Source of the DNA: Scenedesmus sp. PABB004
Taxonomy: Eukaryota
Reading direction: 5' to 3'
Length of the DNA stretch: 64,000 bases
NCBI GenBank assembly: GCA_014905635.1
Contig: JABVCE010000011.1
Location: forward strand, 372,001 to 436,000
The notes beneath the pieces were generated by a model. The model was not told the origin of the DNA, searched no databases, and worked only from the letters and a program-made list of their open reading frames with translations. Made by a program: the position numbers and the translations under genes. Below, piece after piece: positions 33,143 through 45,116 of the stretch (the first letter of the stretch is position 1; the number at the start of each line of letters is the position of its first letter).

Positions 33143-36100
33143 GCTGCACGCCGGCATGTGCGGCAACAGCGTGCGCTGCTCCCAGAAGCCCAGCCGCACC
33201 TGTGGCGGCGGCGCGGCGACAGCGGCGGAGCGCAGGGTCAGCATGGGAGGGCTTGCGGCGCCGCGGCGCGGCGCCCGCCGCCCGCCTGCCCGCCCGCCCG
33301 CCGCCCGCCCGCCCGCCCGCCTGCCCGCCCGGCCGCGCACGCTCGCCGCCGCACCTGGACCATGAAGCGCTGCCACAGGGCCGCCACGGCGCGCGCATTG
33401 CCGAAGACCAGCGCGTGGCACGCGAGACGGCACAGCAGGCTGCCTGGCGGCGCCGCGCGCGGCAGGCACAGCGCGGCGGCCGCCCGGTGCTCCCGTCCCC
33501 GTCGCCCTCGCCCGCCACGCTCGCCCGGCTGCCGCCTGCGCCGCCGCGGCCGCCTGCGCCGCCGTCGGCGCCGCCGCTGCCGGCCTGCTGCTGGCGCGGC
33601 GGGCTCAGCAGGTCGCGCAGCACCGCGTCCAGCACCCCGTCGGGCGGCAGCAGCGGCGCCAGCACCTCGCCGCGCTGCTCCCACCACTCGGCGCCTGCGC
33701 GGCGGCGGCGGCGGCGGCGCGCGGCCGTGGGCGAGGCGAGCGAGCGCGCGCCCGGCCGCGCGCCCGCCCGCCGCCGCACCTGCCAGCTCCCAGAGGCTGC
33801 CCGCCGCCGTCGCCGCGGTGCGAGCGGTCATGAGGGCACTGAGCATGACGGTGAAAGACCCCGGGTCGAGCCGCGGCCCCGCCACGCCGCGGCCCGCCCA
33901 CGTGCCGGGGCATAGCCCCAGGGCTGCGGGCACACGCCCGACAGCCGCCCGCCCTCCGCGAGCGCCGCGGCCGCGAGCTCCGCGCTCCACAGCCAGTCGG
34001 CGCCTGCGCGGCGCGCGGTGGGGGTGAGGCAAGCGCGGCGCGGCGCGGCGCGGCGCATGCGGCGGCCGCGGCCCGCGCGCACACCCGCGGCGGTGACCGA
34101 GACGTGGCGGCGGTGCCGCTCGCTGCTGCGCATGCCCAGGCGCCCGTGGCGCAGCGGCGGGCTTGAGAAACCATGGTCAACCGCGTGCAGCAGCCAGTGG
34201 TCGGCGCTCGCCGCGTCGGCGAGCGCGCGCGACAGCGCCGCCGGCGTGTCCAGCCCGCCCGGCGGCGGCAGCGGCGGCGGCTCGGCGCGGGGCGCGCCGT
34301 CCCCGGCCGGCGCGGCGGGCGCCGCCGCGGACCCTCTGCTGACCACGAGCTTGCCCGGCCGGGCCTTGCCCGCTGGCGGCGTGCCGGGCCGCTGGCTGCT
34401 GGCGGCCGCAGCCGCCGTCGCGGCCGCCGCCGTGGCCTCGTCGACCAGGCGCCGGTCCTCCCAGACCACGTCCAGCTCCAGCGCCACCACGGGGTCGCGC
34501 TGCTGCGCCCAGGGCTGCCAGGGCGCGTCCGCGTCCCATTCCCGCCCCCGAGCGCGTCGTCGTCGTCGCCCGGCAGCGCCGCCGGCCCGCCCGTGGCGCT
34601 GCTGCCGCGGCTGCCCGCGCCGCCGCTCGCGCTGGGCCCGCGCGGCTGCGGCGGCGGCGGCGCCGGCTGCGGCCGCGCGCGCGCCTCTGGCTGCGGGTGC
34701 AGCCAGTGCTGCCGGCTGGCGTCTGGGAGGCGGAACGTGAAGCAGGCGGACGCCCACACGGCGTAGCCGCCGCCGCTGCCGCAGCCCAGGCCCAGCTGCT
34801 GCTGCTCGCCGGGCGGGCTCGGGGCGCCGCCCTCGCCCGCCGCCGCGCCGTCGCCGCCGGGCGCCGCCACCGGCGCGTGCCCGAGCGCCACGAGGCACGC
34901 CGCCGCCGCGGCGGGCGCGTGCGGGGCGAGCTGGTCTGCAAACACCGTCAGCTGCTGCTCCAGGCCCGTGAGGTGGCGAGGCAGGCGGCTGATGTGGATC
35001 GAATCGGCCGTGAACACGACGCTGCGCCCGCCCACCTGCGCGGCAGCGGACGGCGACGGGCGTGCGCGCGCGGCCAGGGCGGGGGCGGGCGGGTGGCGGG
35101 GGGCGAGCAGGCCGGCCGAGGCGCGGGCGCCGCGCGTGACGTGGCGGGTGCGGCCCCTGGGGCGCCGCACCTGCGCCACGCCGGCGTACGCGTCGCGCAG
35201 CGCGTCGTGCACCGGCAGCAGCAGCGGCCACGCGACGCCGCTGCCGGCGAGCGCGAGGCGGCCGACCGAGAGCAGGCTGCTCGCCTCGGCGGCGTCGAGC
35301 AGGCGCCGGCTGTAGCTCGCGGGCTGCAGCAGGACGAACAGGTCCAACGCGAACCAGCGCTGCAGCTTGTGCACGCCCGACACCGGCGCCCACCAGGGCA
35401 GCTTGAGGCTCGGCAGCGCCTGGAACGGCGCGCCCTCGGCGCCGCCGCCGGCGCACGCGGCCGCGTCGTCGAAGCAGTGCGGCCACCAGCCGCGGCTCGC
35501 GGCGCCGCGGCTCTGGTCGAGGCGCACCGCCGCGGTCGCCGCCGCCAGCGCCTGGCTGTCGAGCACCGCGAGCGCCTCTGGCGGCGGCAGCTCCACGAGG
35601 CGCGAGCTCGCCTCGCCGCCCTCCTCGCCGCCGGCGTCGCTGCCGCCGCCCTCGTCGCCGGCCGCGAGCGTCGCCGCGGCCGGCGCGCCGCCGTCGCTCG
35701 CGGCGCCGCCGCTGGCGGCCCCCGCGCCCCGCCGCGCGCCGCGCGCCCTGGCGCCGGCGCGCGGCTCGCCGCCGCCGCGGCCGGCGAGGCCGAGGCCGGA
35801 CAGCGCGTCCACCGCCGCGCCGACCGCCGCCGCGGTGAGCGACTTGCCGCCGGACGAGCTCGAGCGCCGCCGGCCGAGCAGCACGGCCTCGCCGCCGCCG
35901 CCGGCCTCGCCGCCCGCGCCGGCGTCCCTGCCGCCGGGGTCTGGGCTGCCGCGCTCGAGCGCGGGCGCCACGTCACTCACGTCGATCTCGTGGCTCGTCA
36001 GCCGCCGCGGCCGCCGCACGTGGGGCGCCGCGCCGTCCGGCTCAGTCGCGCTGCCCTCCTGCTGCAGCTGCGCGTGCAGCTGGGTATACTCGGCGATCAG

Positions 36101-36953
36101 CTCCTGCACGTGCTGCTCCAGCTGCGCGCCGCCGCCGCCGCCGGCGTCGCCCTCGCCGGCGTCGCCCGCGCCCGCGGCGCCGGCCGCCCCCGCGGCGGGC
36201 GCTGCCTGCCGGGCGGCCGCCTGCGCCGTCGCGGCCAGCTGTTGCTGCTGCTGCTGCTGCTGTTGCCGCCGCCGCCGCTGCCGCTGCTGCGCCTGCTGCG
36301 CGTGCTGCGCGTGCTGCGCGTGCTGCGCGTGCTGCGCGTGCTGCGTGCGCTGCATCTGCTGCTGTGCTTGTTGTGTCTGCTGCTGCGGCTGCTGCTGCTG
36401 CTCTTGCCGCGGCTGCTGCTGCGCTTGCTGCGCCTGCTGCTGCTGCTGCGCCTGCTGCGCCTGCTGCGCCTGCAGCTGACGCTGCCGCGCCGCGGCCAGC
36501 TCCGCCTCGCGCGTGTAGGGGACATGGAGCGTCAGCGTGTACGGCTGCTCGCGCCAGGGCAGCCTGCGGCGTACGCGCGGCGTGGCGGTTGGCGTGGCGG
36601 CCGCGCGCCAGCAGCCGCCCAGCACGCGCCGCCGCCGCCGCCGCCGCCGCGGGCGGACCGGTGCCGCAGGGAGTTTGCCACGCGCACGAGGCCGATCGGC
36701 TGCTTGTCGGCGCCCACCGCCGGCGGCATGTGGCTGATGTTCTCCAGGCCGGTGAGCAGCCAGCCGCGGAAGCACTGCTCCAGCTGCGCGACCAGCCTGC
36801 GGCGGCGCGCGCGGCGGGCGCGGCGGTTGGGCGCCGCTGCCCGCGACCGCCGCTGCCACCGCCGCAGCAAGCGGCGCAGCCGCGGGCGCAGCGCGTCGGT
36901 CACCGCTCGACGTTGGTGGCGAGCGTGTAGTCATGGAAGCCCTCGTCCGACAT
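30507..36953 (-). CDS. RAB3GAP1: Rab3 GTPase-activating protein catalytic subunit, multi-exon, with poly-Q tracts and apparent frameshifts near 33495 and 34545
   Basis: N-terminus MSDEGFHDYTLATNVER. Further motifs HKLQRWF, AVAALWQRF..VRLGFWE, PDLDACLLQQKLQMLNLCI, LLGDMAAFKAANPGCVLDDFLRWYSPRD and LSARM..GNSWQQLW..QRQLLNPAKEGEQVLHYLE. Confidence 0.92.
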
Positions 36954-37435
36954 CCGGCCCACCGCCGCTGCTCGCCGACCGCGTGCAGCGTGTGCGCAGC
37001 TCGCGGGCCTGGGGCGCGGCAGCCGACGACTCCACACTCGAGACAGTGCCGCGGGGCGCGTGGGCGAGCGGCTGCGGCGGGGCCCTGGGCGATCGGCTGC
37101 GGCGTGCCGGCCGTCGCGCCCGTGCTGCTGCTCGGCCGCGCCCGCGCAGCACCGCGCGCACGCAGGGAGGGGCCCGTGTGGCCGGTCTGGGCTTCCTGAT
37201 CGTCACACACAAAGATCAATGCGTCGCCGCGCGAAAACGCAGAACCTCGGCGGCGCAAGCCGGTGAGGCCGCGGCCCAAAACAAAGTGAACTGTGCAAGA
37301 TGTTTGACCGGGGGAGGGGTTGTGTTGCAGCTGTCGACAACAGACCACCTAGAGGTGCCAGTGCTGCCGCGGTGGCCCGTCACGAATCGGGGCCCGCCCG
37401 CAGGTGCGCGCCACCAATCAGTTGCGCGCCGCCAA

Positions 37436-37964
37436 TCAGTTGTGCGCCGTCGCCGCATGCGTGGCGCCGCCCGAGAGCTCGTGGACCCACGCCCACGCCG
37501 TGCCGTCCGCGTCGTGCGCCTCGCCGTCCAAGTCGTACAGGGCGGGCTGGCCGTTGCCGTCTAGGCCGAGCGCCTGGTCAACGGGCACGCCGTCGTAGGG
37601 GTCGTGCGGGTCGTGCCCCACGGCGCGCCAGTCCTGCACCCAGTCCCAGGGCTGCTCCTCCTCCACCGCCAGCTCGTCGTCGGTCCACGCGGCGGCGCCA
37701 CCGGTGGCGCTGCCCGCATCGTCGTCGTCGTCTCCAAAGCTGCGGCCGCCGCGGAGGAAGTCGCTGCCCGTCGTGCCGCGCGCGTGCGCAGCCGCCGCAC
37801 AGCCTGGTGAGATGTGGCGCGGTGTGAGCGGGTGAACGGGCCAGATGCTGCTCGGGCAGCCAGCCAGCTGCCGGCGTGGCTGCTGCGCGCAGCGCTGCGC
37901 CAGCGCCGCCCCGCCGCACCCGCGAGCAGCAGCGCCGCGTGAGGCGGGGGGCAGCCCTCCCCAT
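37436..37964 (-). CDS. Small secreted acidic protein B of the GTxGSDFxxxxRxFG family (2 exons; one extra base needed in the G6 run at 37946-37951)
   Basis: Exons 37964-37920 and 37803-37436. With the run corrected: MGRAAPPPHAALLLA|GCAAAAHARGTTGSDFLRGGRSFGDDDDD...PWDWVQDW...ATAHN*. Confidence 0.65.
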
Positions 37965-38201
37965 CCGAGCAGGCCCGCACCGCGACACCAATAGCCTAGA
38001 GGCTCCGCCGCTGGCGCGGTTCGTGCCCTAGTGATGCTCCCAACTCGCTCGACTGGCGTCCAGGTCAGGGCGCGGCGTGCTGGTCGGGCTGGCCGCGCGG
38101 CTGGCGCGGAGGCGAGGCGGTCACGTCGCGGCACGCTTGAGCTGGCGCGCGCGTGCTGAGATTGGTGAGCAGTGAGTGTGCAGGTTGCTAGCTACATAGC
38201 A

Positions 38202-38538
38202 TCAGCTCCGTCGCTTCGGCGGCGGCGGCGTCACCGCCGCCGCTTCGGCGCTGCCCCACGGCCCCCAGCTTCGGCTCGCCACGCGCGTCTTCACCGACGT
38301 CTTCAGGCTCTCCGCGCCAGGCTCGTAGGCGCCGAATTTGCGGCTCCGCTGGTCGAAGTCGCTGCCAGGCGTGCCCCCCGCAGACGCGAGCTCGCCTGCG
38401 GCGGCGCGCGGCACGAGCGGCCCTTTCAGGCGGGGCGCCGGCCGGTGAGTCCTCCAGCAGCCGCAGCAGCTCACCCAGCAGCAGCGCGGTCAGGGCCAGC
38501 GCGAGCGCCACGCGGCCGAGGCGCGGCGCCCTGGCCAT
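38202..38538 (-). CDS. Small secreted protein C of the GTxGSDFxxxxRxFG family (2 exons)
   Basis: Exons 38538-38475 and 38395-38202 give MARAPRLGRVALALALTALLL|GELASAGGTPGSDFDQRSRKFGAYEPGAESLKTSVKTRVASRSWGPWGSAEAAAVTPPPPKRRS*. Confidence 0.75.
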
Positions 38539-38829
38539 CTTGGCAGCTGCGGCGGCGGTTGTGCGTGCAGCGACGCTGGTGCCTGGCCGCTTCGGATTCG
38601 AGTCCTGGAGCGAAAGCGTGCGTCGTTAATAGCTGGAGCGGGCTGTGACGGGCGCAAACAGTGGCGGCGCGCCGCGCGGCGCGGCGTCGGTTTCTGGAAC
38701 GTGGGCGTGGCGGCACCGCCAGCGCGCGCGAGCTGCCCCCAAAAGTCGCAGTTGTCGCCGCGGACGCAGCGCACGGGCGGCGGCGACCGGCGGCGCGCCG
38801 CGGCTCTGCCGCCCGCCCTCCAACCTTCG

Positions 38830-40129
38830 TCACGCCAGCGCCGCGAGGAACTGCTCGGCCGTCATCGGCCTGCTGAACATGGGGAACGTGAACTTGACGG
38901 ACGCGTCGTGCTCCTCCTGGCTGCGAGCGCGCGGGCGCGGCGCGGGCGGGCTCGGCGCGCGCCGGCGGGCCGCGGCCGCCGCCGCGCCGCGCGCGCGCGC
39001 GCCCGCGCGCGCGCCTCGTGGCCGCGCAGCAGTCGACGAGCGTCACCACGTTAAACCCCGCTTCGTACGCCGAGCGCATCGTGCTCTCCACGCAGCAGTT
39101 GGTCTGCAGTCGCCGCGCAGCCGCCGCGCTCGCAAGCGCGCGCGCGAGCTGCGTGAGCTGCGCCCGCGGCCGCCCGCCCGCGCCGCGCGGCCCCCGGGGC
39201 GCTGCTGCGGCCCCGAGAGAGAGCTCACCAGGAAGCCGGCGAGCACCACGTTGTCGATCCGGTTGTGGCTGAGGATGAAGGGTAGGTTGGTGCTGCGCCC
39301 CGCCACACGCGGCGGCGCGGCACGGCGCGGCCCGGGCGGCGCGCGGCGGCGCGGCGCGGGGCGCCGGTGAGCGCCCCGCCAGGGCGCCAGGGCGCTGGGC
39401 GCGCGCGTCGGAGCAAGGGAATACAAAGCGAGCCCGGCGCGGGGCGCGCGCGCCCCGCGCCGCACCTCGCAAAGGCGCAGAGCCCGCTCTTGCCCTGCAC
39501 GACGGTGTCGCCCGGCGCGGGGGCCATGGAGTCACAGATCGCGCCGCCCCAGCTGCCGCGCTTGAAGGCGCCGCCCGCCTTCACGCTGAAGCGCGCGGGG
39601 CGGGGCGGCGGCGGCGGGTGAGGCGCGGGCGCGGGCGCGGCACGCGGCGGGCCGGCCCGCTGGCAACCGCGCGGCGCCGCGGGCGCGCGAGCGTCGCGGC
39701 GCCGCTCACTTGCCCAGGATGCCGTACGGCTGCTTGGCCAGCTCCCGGTAGTCGTCAGAGACTGGCGGCGGGGGCCCGTCAGGCAGCGGGCGGCGGGCGG
39801 CCGGTCAGGCGGCGCCCGCGGCGGCGGCGGAGCGCGCGCGCGCGCCACCGCACATGTGATGGGCGCGTGGGCGATGAGCACTCCCTTGGCGCGCGCCGCG
39901 TCTGCCACGGCCCGGGCCTTGCCCAGCATGCCGGTGCTGCCGTGGGCGGCGGCGAGGCGCCGGCGCGGGCGGGGTCGGGCGGCCGGAGCCTGTGGCTGGC
40001 CCCGAGTGCCGCGCGCGCCGCCGCCGACCTGTCCATCACGGCCTTGACGGCGCCGTGCAGCACGCCGCCCTCGGTCGTGAACTCGTTCTGAAACTCGATC
40101 AGCACGAGCGCGGTGCGCGCCGGGTCCAT
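38830..40129 (-). CDS. Isochorismatase-family cysteine hydrolase
   Basis: MDPARTALVLIEFQNEF, VVQGKSGLCAFA|STNLPFIL..VVLAGFL|TNCCVESTMRSAYEAGFNVVTLVDCCAA. Multi-exon. Confidence 0.92.
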
Positions 40130-40435
40130 TGGAGCAGGCCGGTGGAGCAGCGCGGCGAGCGAGCGGTGGAGCTGCAAGCAGGCGAGGCCGCTTGGGAGTG
40201 GTAGTGGGAGTGTGGGAGTGTCGGGGGCGGCGGGGCCGCGATCGATCCAGCAGTGCGCCGGAGGAACCGCCGCGGTTCGCCGGCGCTGCTGTCGCGCCGC
40301 CGCCGCCGCGGCCACCGCTTCCGCCCGCCCCGGCCGTCGCAGACCTCGGCCTCCCTGCGACGGCAGTCACGAGCGCGCCGCCGATTCGCCCCGACGCCCG
40401 TGCAGCGCGGTGGTTGCGGGGGCATCGGGAGCAGC

Positions 40436-41358
40436 ATGCAGCCCCCGCTGGGCCCGCCGGGCTCGGGCTACGGCCCGCCGCCGCCCCAGTCCTACTGGGC
40501 GCAGCAGCAGCCGCCCGTGGGACCGCCGTCACAGGGCGGCGGCGCCGCGCCAGCGTCGTACCCGGGCTACCAGCCTCAGGCGCCCTACTCGGGCCAGATG
40601 GGCGCCTACGGCGCGCCCCACGGGCCGCCGGGCGGGGGGCAGGTGCCGCACGTCTCCAGCTACCCGGGGCCCATGGCGCAGCCCGGCTACGCGCCCGCGC
40701 CGTTCGTGCCGTCGCAGCCGCAGTACGCGTATCAACCGCCGCCGCCGGGGCCGCCGCAGGCGCGTGCGGCGCGCGCCGCACGCGCCCAGCCCCCGGCGCG
40801 CCCGCGCCACGCGCGCCGGCGGCGCGGCGCGGCCGCGCCGGCGCGCGGGCGCGCGCGATCGACCCCGCTCACGCTGCCCCCTGCTTGATGCTGCTGCTGC
40901 TTGGCGCTGCTGCGCCGCGCGCGCGCCGCAGATGCCGGCGGCGCCCATGGCGGGCGCGAGCTTCATGGGCGGGCTGTCGCCGATGACGCTCATGACGGCG
41001 GGTGCGGCGGCGGGCAGCGGGCGGCGGGCAGCGGGCAGCGGGCAGCGGGCAGCGGCGCGCGGCAGCGGCGGGCAGCGACGGCGGCGGGGGACGGGCGGCG
41101 CAGCTGGCGCAGCTGGCGCGGCGCGCGGCGCGCGCGCCCACGCCCGCGCCGCGTGCCCGCGCGCGCAGGCGGGCTGCTGTCGGCGCCGCAGCAGTACATG
41201 CAGCAGCGCGTGAGCTGGCTCAAAACCAACATGACCGGCGGGACCATGAGCGCGCTGTTCAACATCAGCAACAGCTACGGTGCGCCGCGGCCGGCGAGCT
41301 GGGGCCTGGCAGGAGCCAGCAGCCGCGCGGCGCCCGGGCCCAGCAGGAGCCAGCAGCC

Positions 41359-41405
<47 letters not shown>

Positions 41406-42268
41406 TGCGGCGCACCAGCCCAGCGCGCCCCGCCCCGCGCCTCGCCGCCGCCGCAGTGCGGAGCAAGCTGCTGATGCTGCTGCTGCCCTTCCTGGGCAGG
41501 TGGACGTACGCGCGCTCGCACGAGCAGGTCCGCCCCCGCGCGCCGCGCCCGCCGCGCCCGCGCCCGCCGCCGCGCGCCGCGGGCGGCCGCGCCGACGCCC
41601 GCGCGTCGCGCTGTCCAACTGCAGGTCGCGGGCGGGCAGCGCTGGCGGGCGCCGGCGGGGGACGTGAACGCGCCGGACCTGTACCTGCCCCTTATGGCGG
41701 TCTGGGCATACGCCCTGCTCACCTGCGCGGCGGCCGCGGCGCGCGGCGCGTTCAAGCCCGACGCGATGAGCAGCGCGGTGCGGCGGCGGCGCGGCGCGGC
41801 GCGGCGCGGCGGGGGCCGCCGCGCGCAGCGCCGCGCGCAGCGCCGCGCGCAGCGCCGCGCGCAGCGCCGCGCGCAGCGCCGCGCGCCGCGCGCCGCGCCC
41901 GCTCCTGGCGGCCCGCCGACGCGCCGACGCGCCCCGCCCGCGCCCGCGCCCGCGCGCGCGCGCAGCTGTACAGCGCGTGCTTCGCGTGGGCCGCGCACTG
42001 GCTGCTCGCGCGCCTGCTGCTGCGCGGCGTCGGCGCGGGCGGCGTGCCCTGGGCGGAGCTGGCCGCCTACACGGGCTACCCCTTCCTCGCGGTGAGGGGC
42101 GAGGCCGCCGCGCGCGTGTGCGTGTGCGTGCGTGCGTGCGTGCGTGCGTGTGTGTGTGTGTGTGCGTGTGCGTGTGCGTGTGCGTGTGCGTGTGCGTGTG
42201 CGCGTGCGCGTGCGCGTGCGCGTGCGCGTGCGCGTGCGCGTGCGCGTGCGCGTGCGCGTGTGCGTGTG

Positions 42269-42305
<37 letters not shown>

Positions 42306-42770
42306 GTGGGGGGGGGGGTCCCTGGCGCAGCCGCAGGCGCCGAAGCTGACGCGCCGCCACGCACGCCGCGCGCGCGCACCCAACAACCGACGACAGGTGA
42401 GCGCGGCGACCGCGGCGGGCGCGCTGGGCGGGCGGCCGGGGTACTACGCGGTCGGGGCGTACGGCGCGCTTGCGAGCGCGGTGTTCCTGGTCAAGACGAT
42501 GAAGCGCGTCATCTTCCTCGAGACGCGCAGCTACGGTGAACGGCGCGCCGCGGCGCGGGGCCGTGCGGGGTCTCCGGCCTGGCGGCGGCGCTGCGGGGCT
42601 GCGCGCGGCGGCTGCGGAGGGGGCGGGGCCGAGCGCGGCGCCAAAGCCTGCGCGCCGCGCCGCGCCGCCGCGTCGCAGGCGCGGACGTGCGCACGTCCAA
42701 CTACCTGCTGTTGGGCCTGGCGCTTTTCCAGTTCCCCTTCATGTGGTGGATGGCCGCCCGCCCCGTGTGA
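40436..42770 (+). CDS. YIF1: YIF1-family ER/Golgi membrane trafficking protein
   Basis: Pro/Gly/Tyr-rich N-terminus, then LFNISNSY|VRSKLLMLLLPFL, DVNAPDLYLPLMAVWAYAL, ELAAYTGYPF and AVFLVKTMKRVI. Confidence 0.9.
42113..42304. repeat. Compound microsatellite (GT)n/(GCGT)n/(GTGCGC)n inside a YIF1 intron
   Basis: About 190 bp of alternating purine-pyrimidine repeats, directly visible. Confidence 0.95.
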
Positions 42771-43071
42771 CCACGGCCAGGACCGACCGGGGCGCGGCGC
42801 GCATGTGCGGCAGCGCGTGCGGCGCGGCGGCGCGGCGCGGCGCGGCGCGGCGCGGCGCGGCGCTGCAACGGCGCCCCTCTCGGAACGCGCGGCCGCGACG
42901 TCCGTCGGCAGCGCCCGCGAGCGCTCGATCTCAAACGGCCCGGGCAGCGCCGTCCGCGGCCGAGGCAGGGGCGCGCCGCTCGTCACCGCACCGCCCGCCG
43001 GCCGCCCGCGCTCGCTCGCAGCCACAACCACCGCAACCTCCCCGGCCGCCCCGCTGCAGCTGCGCGCGCCG

Positions 43072-44738
43072 CTAGCCCTGCGGCGGCGCCGGCGGCGCCG
43101 GCGGCTGCCCCGGCTGCGGCACGCCGCCGCCGCCGCCGCCGGCCTCGGCGCCCGCCGCGGCGCCGACGCGGCGCGTGTTGTAGCCGCCGCAGCCGCTGCA
43201 CTTGTGCCCGACCACGTGGAACGCGGCCTCGCCGCGGTGGCCGCAGTCGTTGCACAGCACGCTCACCTGCGGCGCCCGGCGGCAGGGGCCGCGCGGCGCG
43301 GCGGCGTGGGCGGCACGCGGGCGCACACCGCCCCCCACCCCGCCGCGCAGCTGCCCCGGGACCGCCCCGGCCCGCCGCGCTGCCCCGCTGCCGCCGCGCC
43401 ACACACCCGGACGTGGCGGTACTCCTCCGGCATGGGCGTGTCGGCGACCTGCTGGTCCAGGTAGCGCCACATGCGCGCCTGGCCGCACGACGCGGCGCGG
43501 CGGCGGCGGCGGCGGAGGGCCGCGAGGGGTGCGTCTGAGCGCCGCGGCCGATCGCCACGGGCTCCCAGTGACAACCCCCCCCCCCCCCCCCCCCTCCCTT
43601 CGCCGCGCCGCGCGCCGCGCCTGGTCGTCGGGGCCGAGGATGCACTTGAGGCAGAGGGGGCAGGTGATCGTGTTGTGCGCCATCAGGTCGCGGTGGCACT
43701 CCTGCGGGTGCAGCGCCCGCCGCGGACGGGCGGCGGGTCAGGAGGCTGCGGCGCGCTGCCGCCGGCGGCGGCGGTGGCGGCAGCGGCGGCACGGCCGCGG
43801 CGGCGCGCGGCGCGCGGCGCTGCCACCAGGCGCCGCGCCTGGTGGATGGTGTGCCCGCACGCGAGCACCGCGATGGGTCGGATCGAGTCGAAGAGGAACT
43901 CGACGCACACGGGGCAGTTCTGGTGCATGCTGTTGCTCACGCACACGTGGCTGCCGCGCAGCGAGACCGAGTAGCAGCAGTTGCAAGTCGCGCAGTGGAA
44001 AAAGTTGGCGCGCCCGCCGACGCGGCAGATGCCGCATTCGTCGCAGTGGAACTGCTGCTTCGCGACGGTGTCGTCCCAGAAGTTGCACCTGACGCGTGCG
44101 GCGCGGCGTGCGCGGAGCGCCGGCGGGCGCGGCGGCGCGCGGTGGTGAGCGGGGGCGCGGGCGGCGCGAGGGGCGCAGCGGGACAGGGGGGCAGGGAGCG
44201 CGGGGTCACTCACTTGAGGCAGGCGTAGCGCCCAAACGCAGCGCCGCACGCGGCGCAGCCCGCGGCGACCGGCTGGCGCACGCCGCAGAGCGCGCAGACG
44301 ACCTCGGCCACGAGCTTGCGGTCGAGCGTGTGGCGCTTGGCCGGGTCCTGCGGTGGGGTCGCGCGCGTGATGCTGGCTGTGCCAGCGCGGCGAGGCCGCC
44401 AGCAGCGCGGCGCCGCGCCACCTGCTCGCTGTCGTCCTTTGCCACGTTGTGGCAGTGCCGGCACCAGAACACCTCGCCGCAGCACGGCGCGACGAGCTTG
44501 CAGCGCCGCCTGCGCGGCGTGCGTGCGCGCGCGCGGGCGGCGGCCGCATTCGGGCCGCGGCGCTGCGGCGGGATCGCGCCTGCCTGACCCCCGCGCCGCA
44601 CCGGTAGTGCTCGCAGCCGTGCTGCATCACGCCAGCCGCGGCGGCGCCGCTCGCCGCCGCCGCCGCTGCTGCGGTCGTGTCGTGCTCGTGCTCGTCGCCG
44701 CTGGAGGCGCTGACGTAGTGCTCCTCGTCGGCCGCCAT
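43072..44738 (-). CDS. CHY zinc-finger/CTCHY/RING E3 ubiquitin ligase (PIRH2/RCHY1, MIEL1-like)
   Basis: [77 protein letters not shown] and [23 protein letters not shown]. Confidence 0.95.
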
Positions 44739-45116
44739 CGCACGCGCGCCGGGGCGGGCCTGGCGGGCTCAGCAAGGGTCGGCGCGCCGCGGGCGGGCGC
44801 GGGCGGGTGCAGCAGCGGTCGCGCGGCGGCGGTGGACGCGGCGGGCGCAGCAGCGGTGCTTGGCGGTGCGGGCGTGAACTGATCGTGCGGACGGGGGAGC
44901 GGACAAGCTCGGGCAGCGTCCAGAGGGCTCAGCAAGCGCACGCCCTTGGTCTGCTGCTCGGCGCGCGGCCCGGCCGGCCACTCTCGCGCCACCGCTGCGC
45001 CCAGCGCGTCCCCGCACGCCCCTCGCCACCCGGCCCCGCACCGCGGCGCGCGCGCGCGCCACCCCTTGCTGCCCCTCGTCCCCTCGCGCCCGGCGCGGCC
45101 AGCGGCAGCCGGCGCC

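Noticed and set aside
36240..36480. Cys-rich plus-strand translation (CCACCACC...) resembling a metallothionein
   Set aside because: It is the antisense reading of the poly-Gln/QHA tract in RAB3GAP1.
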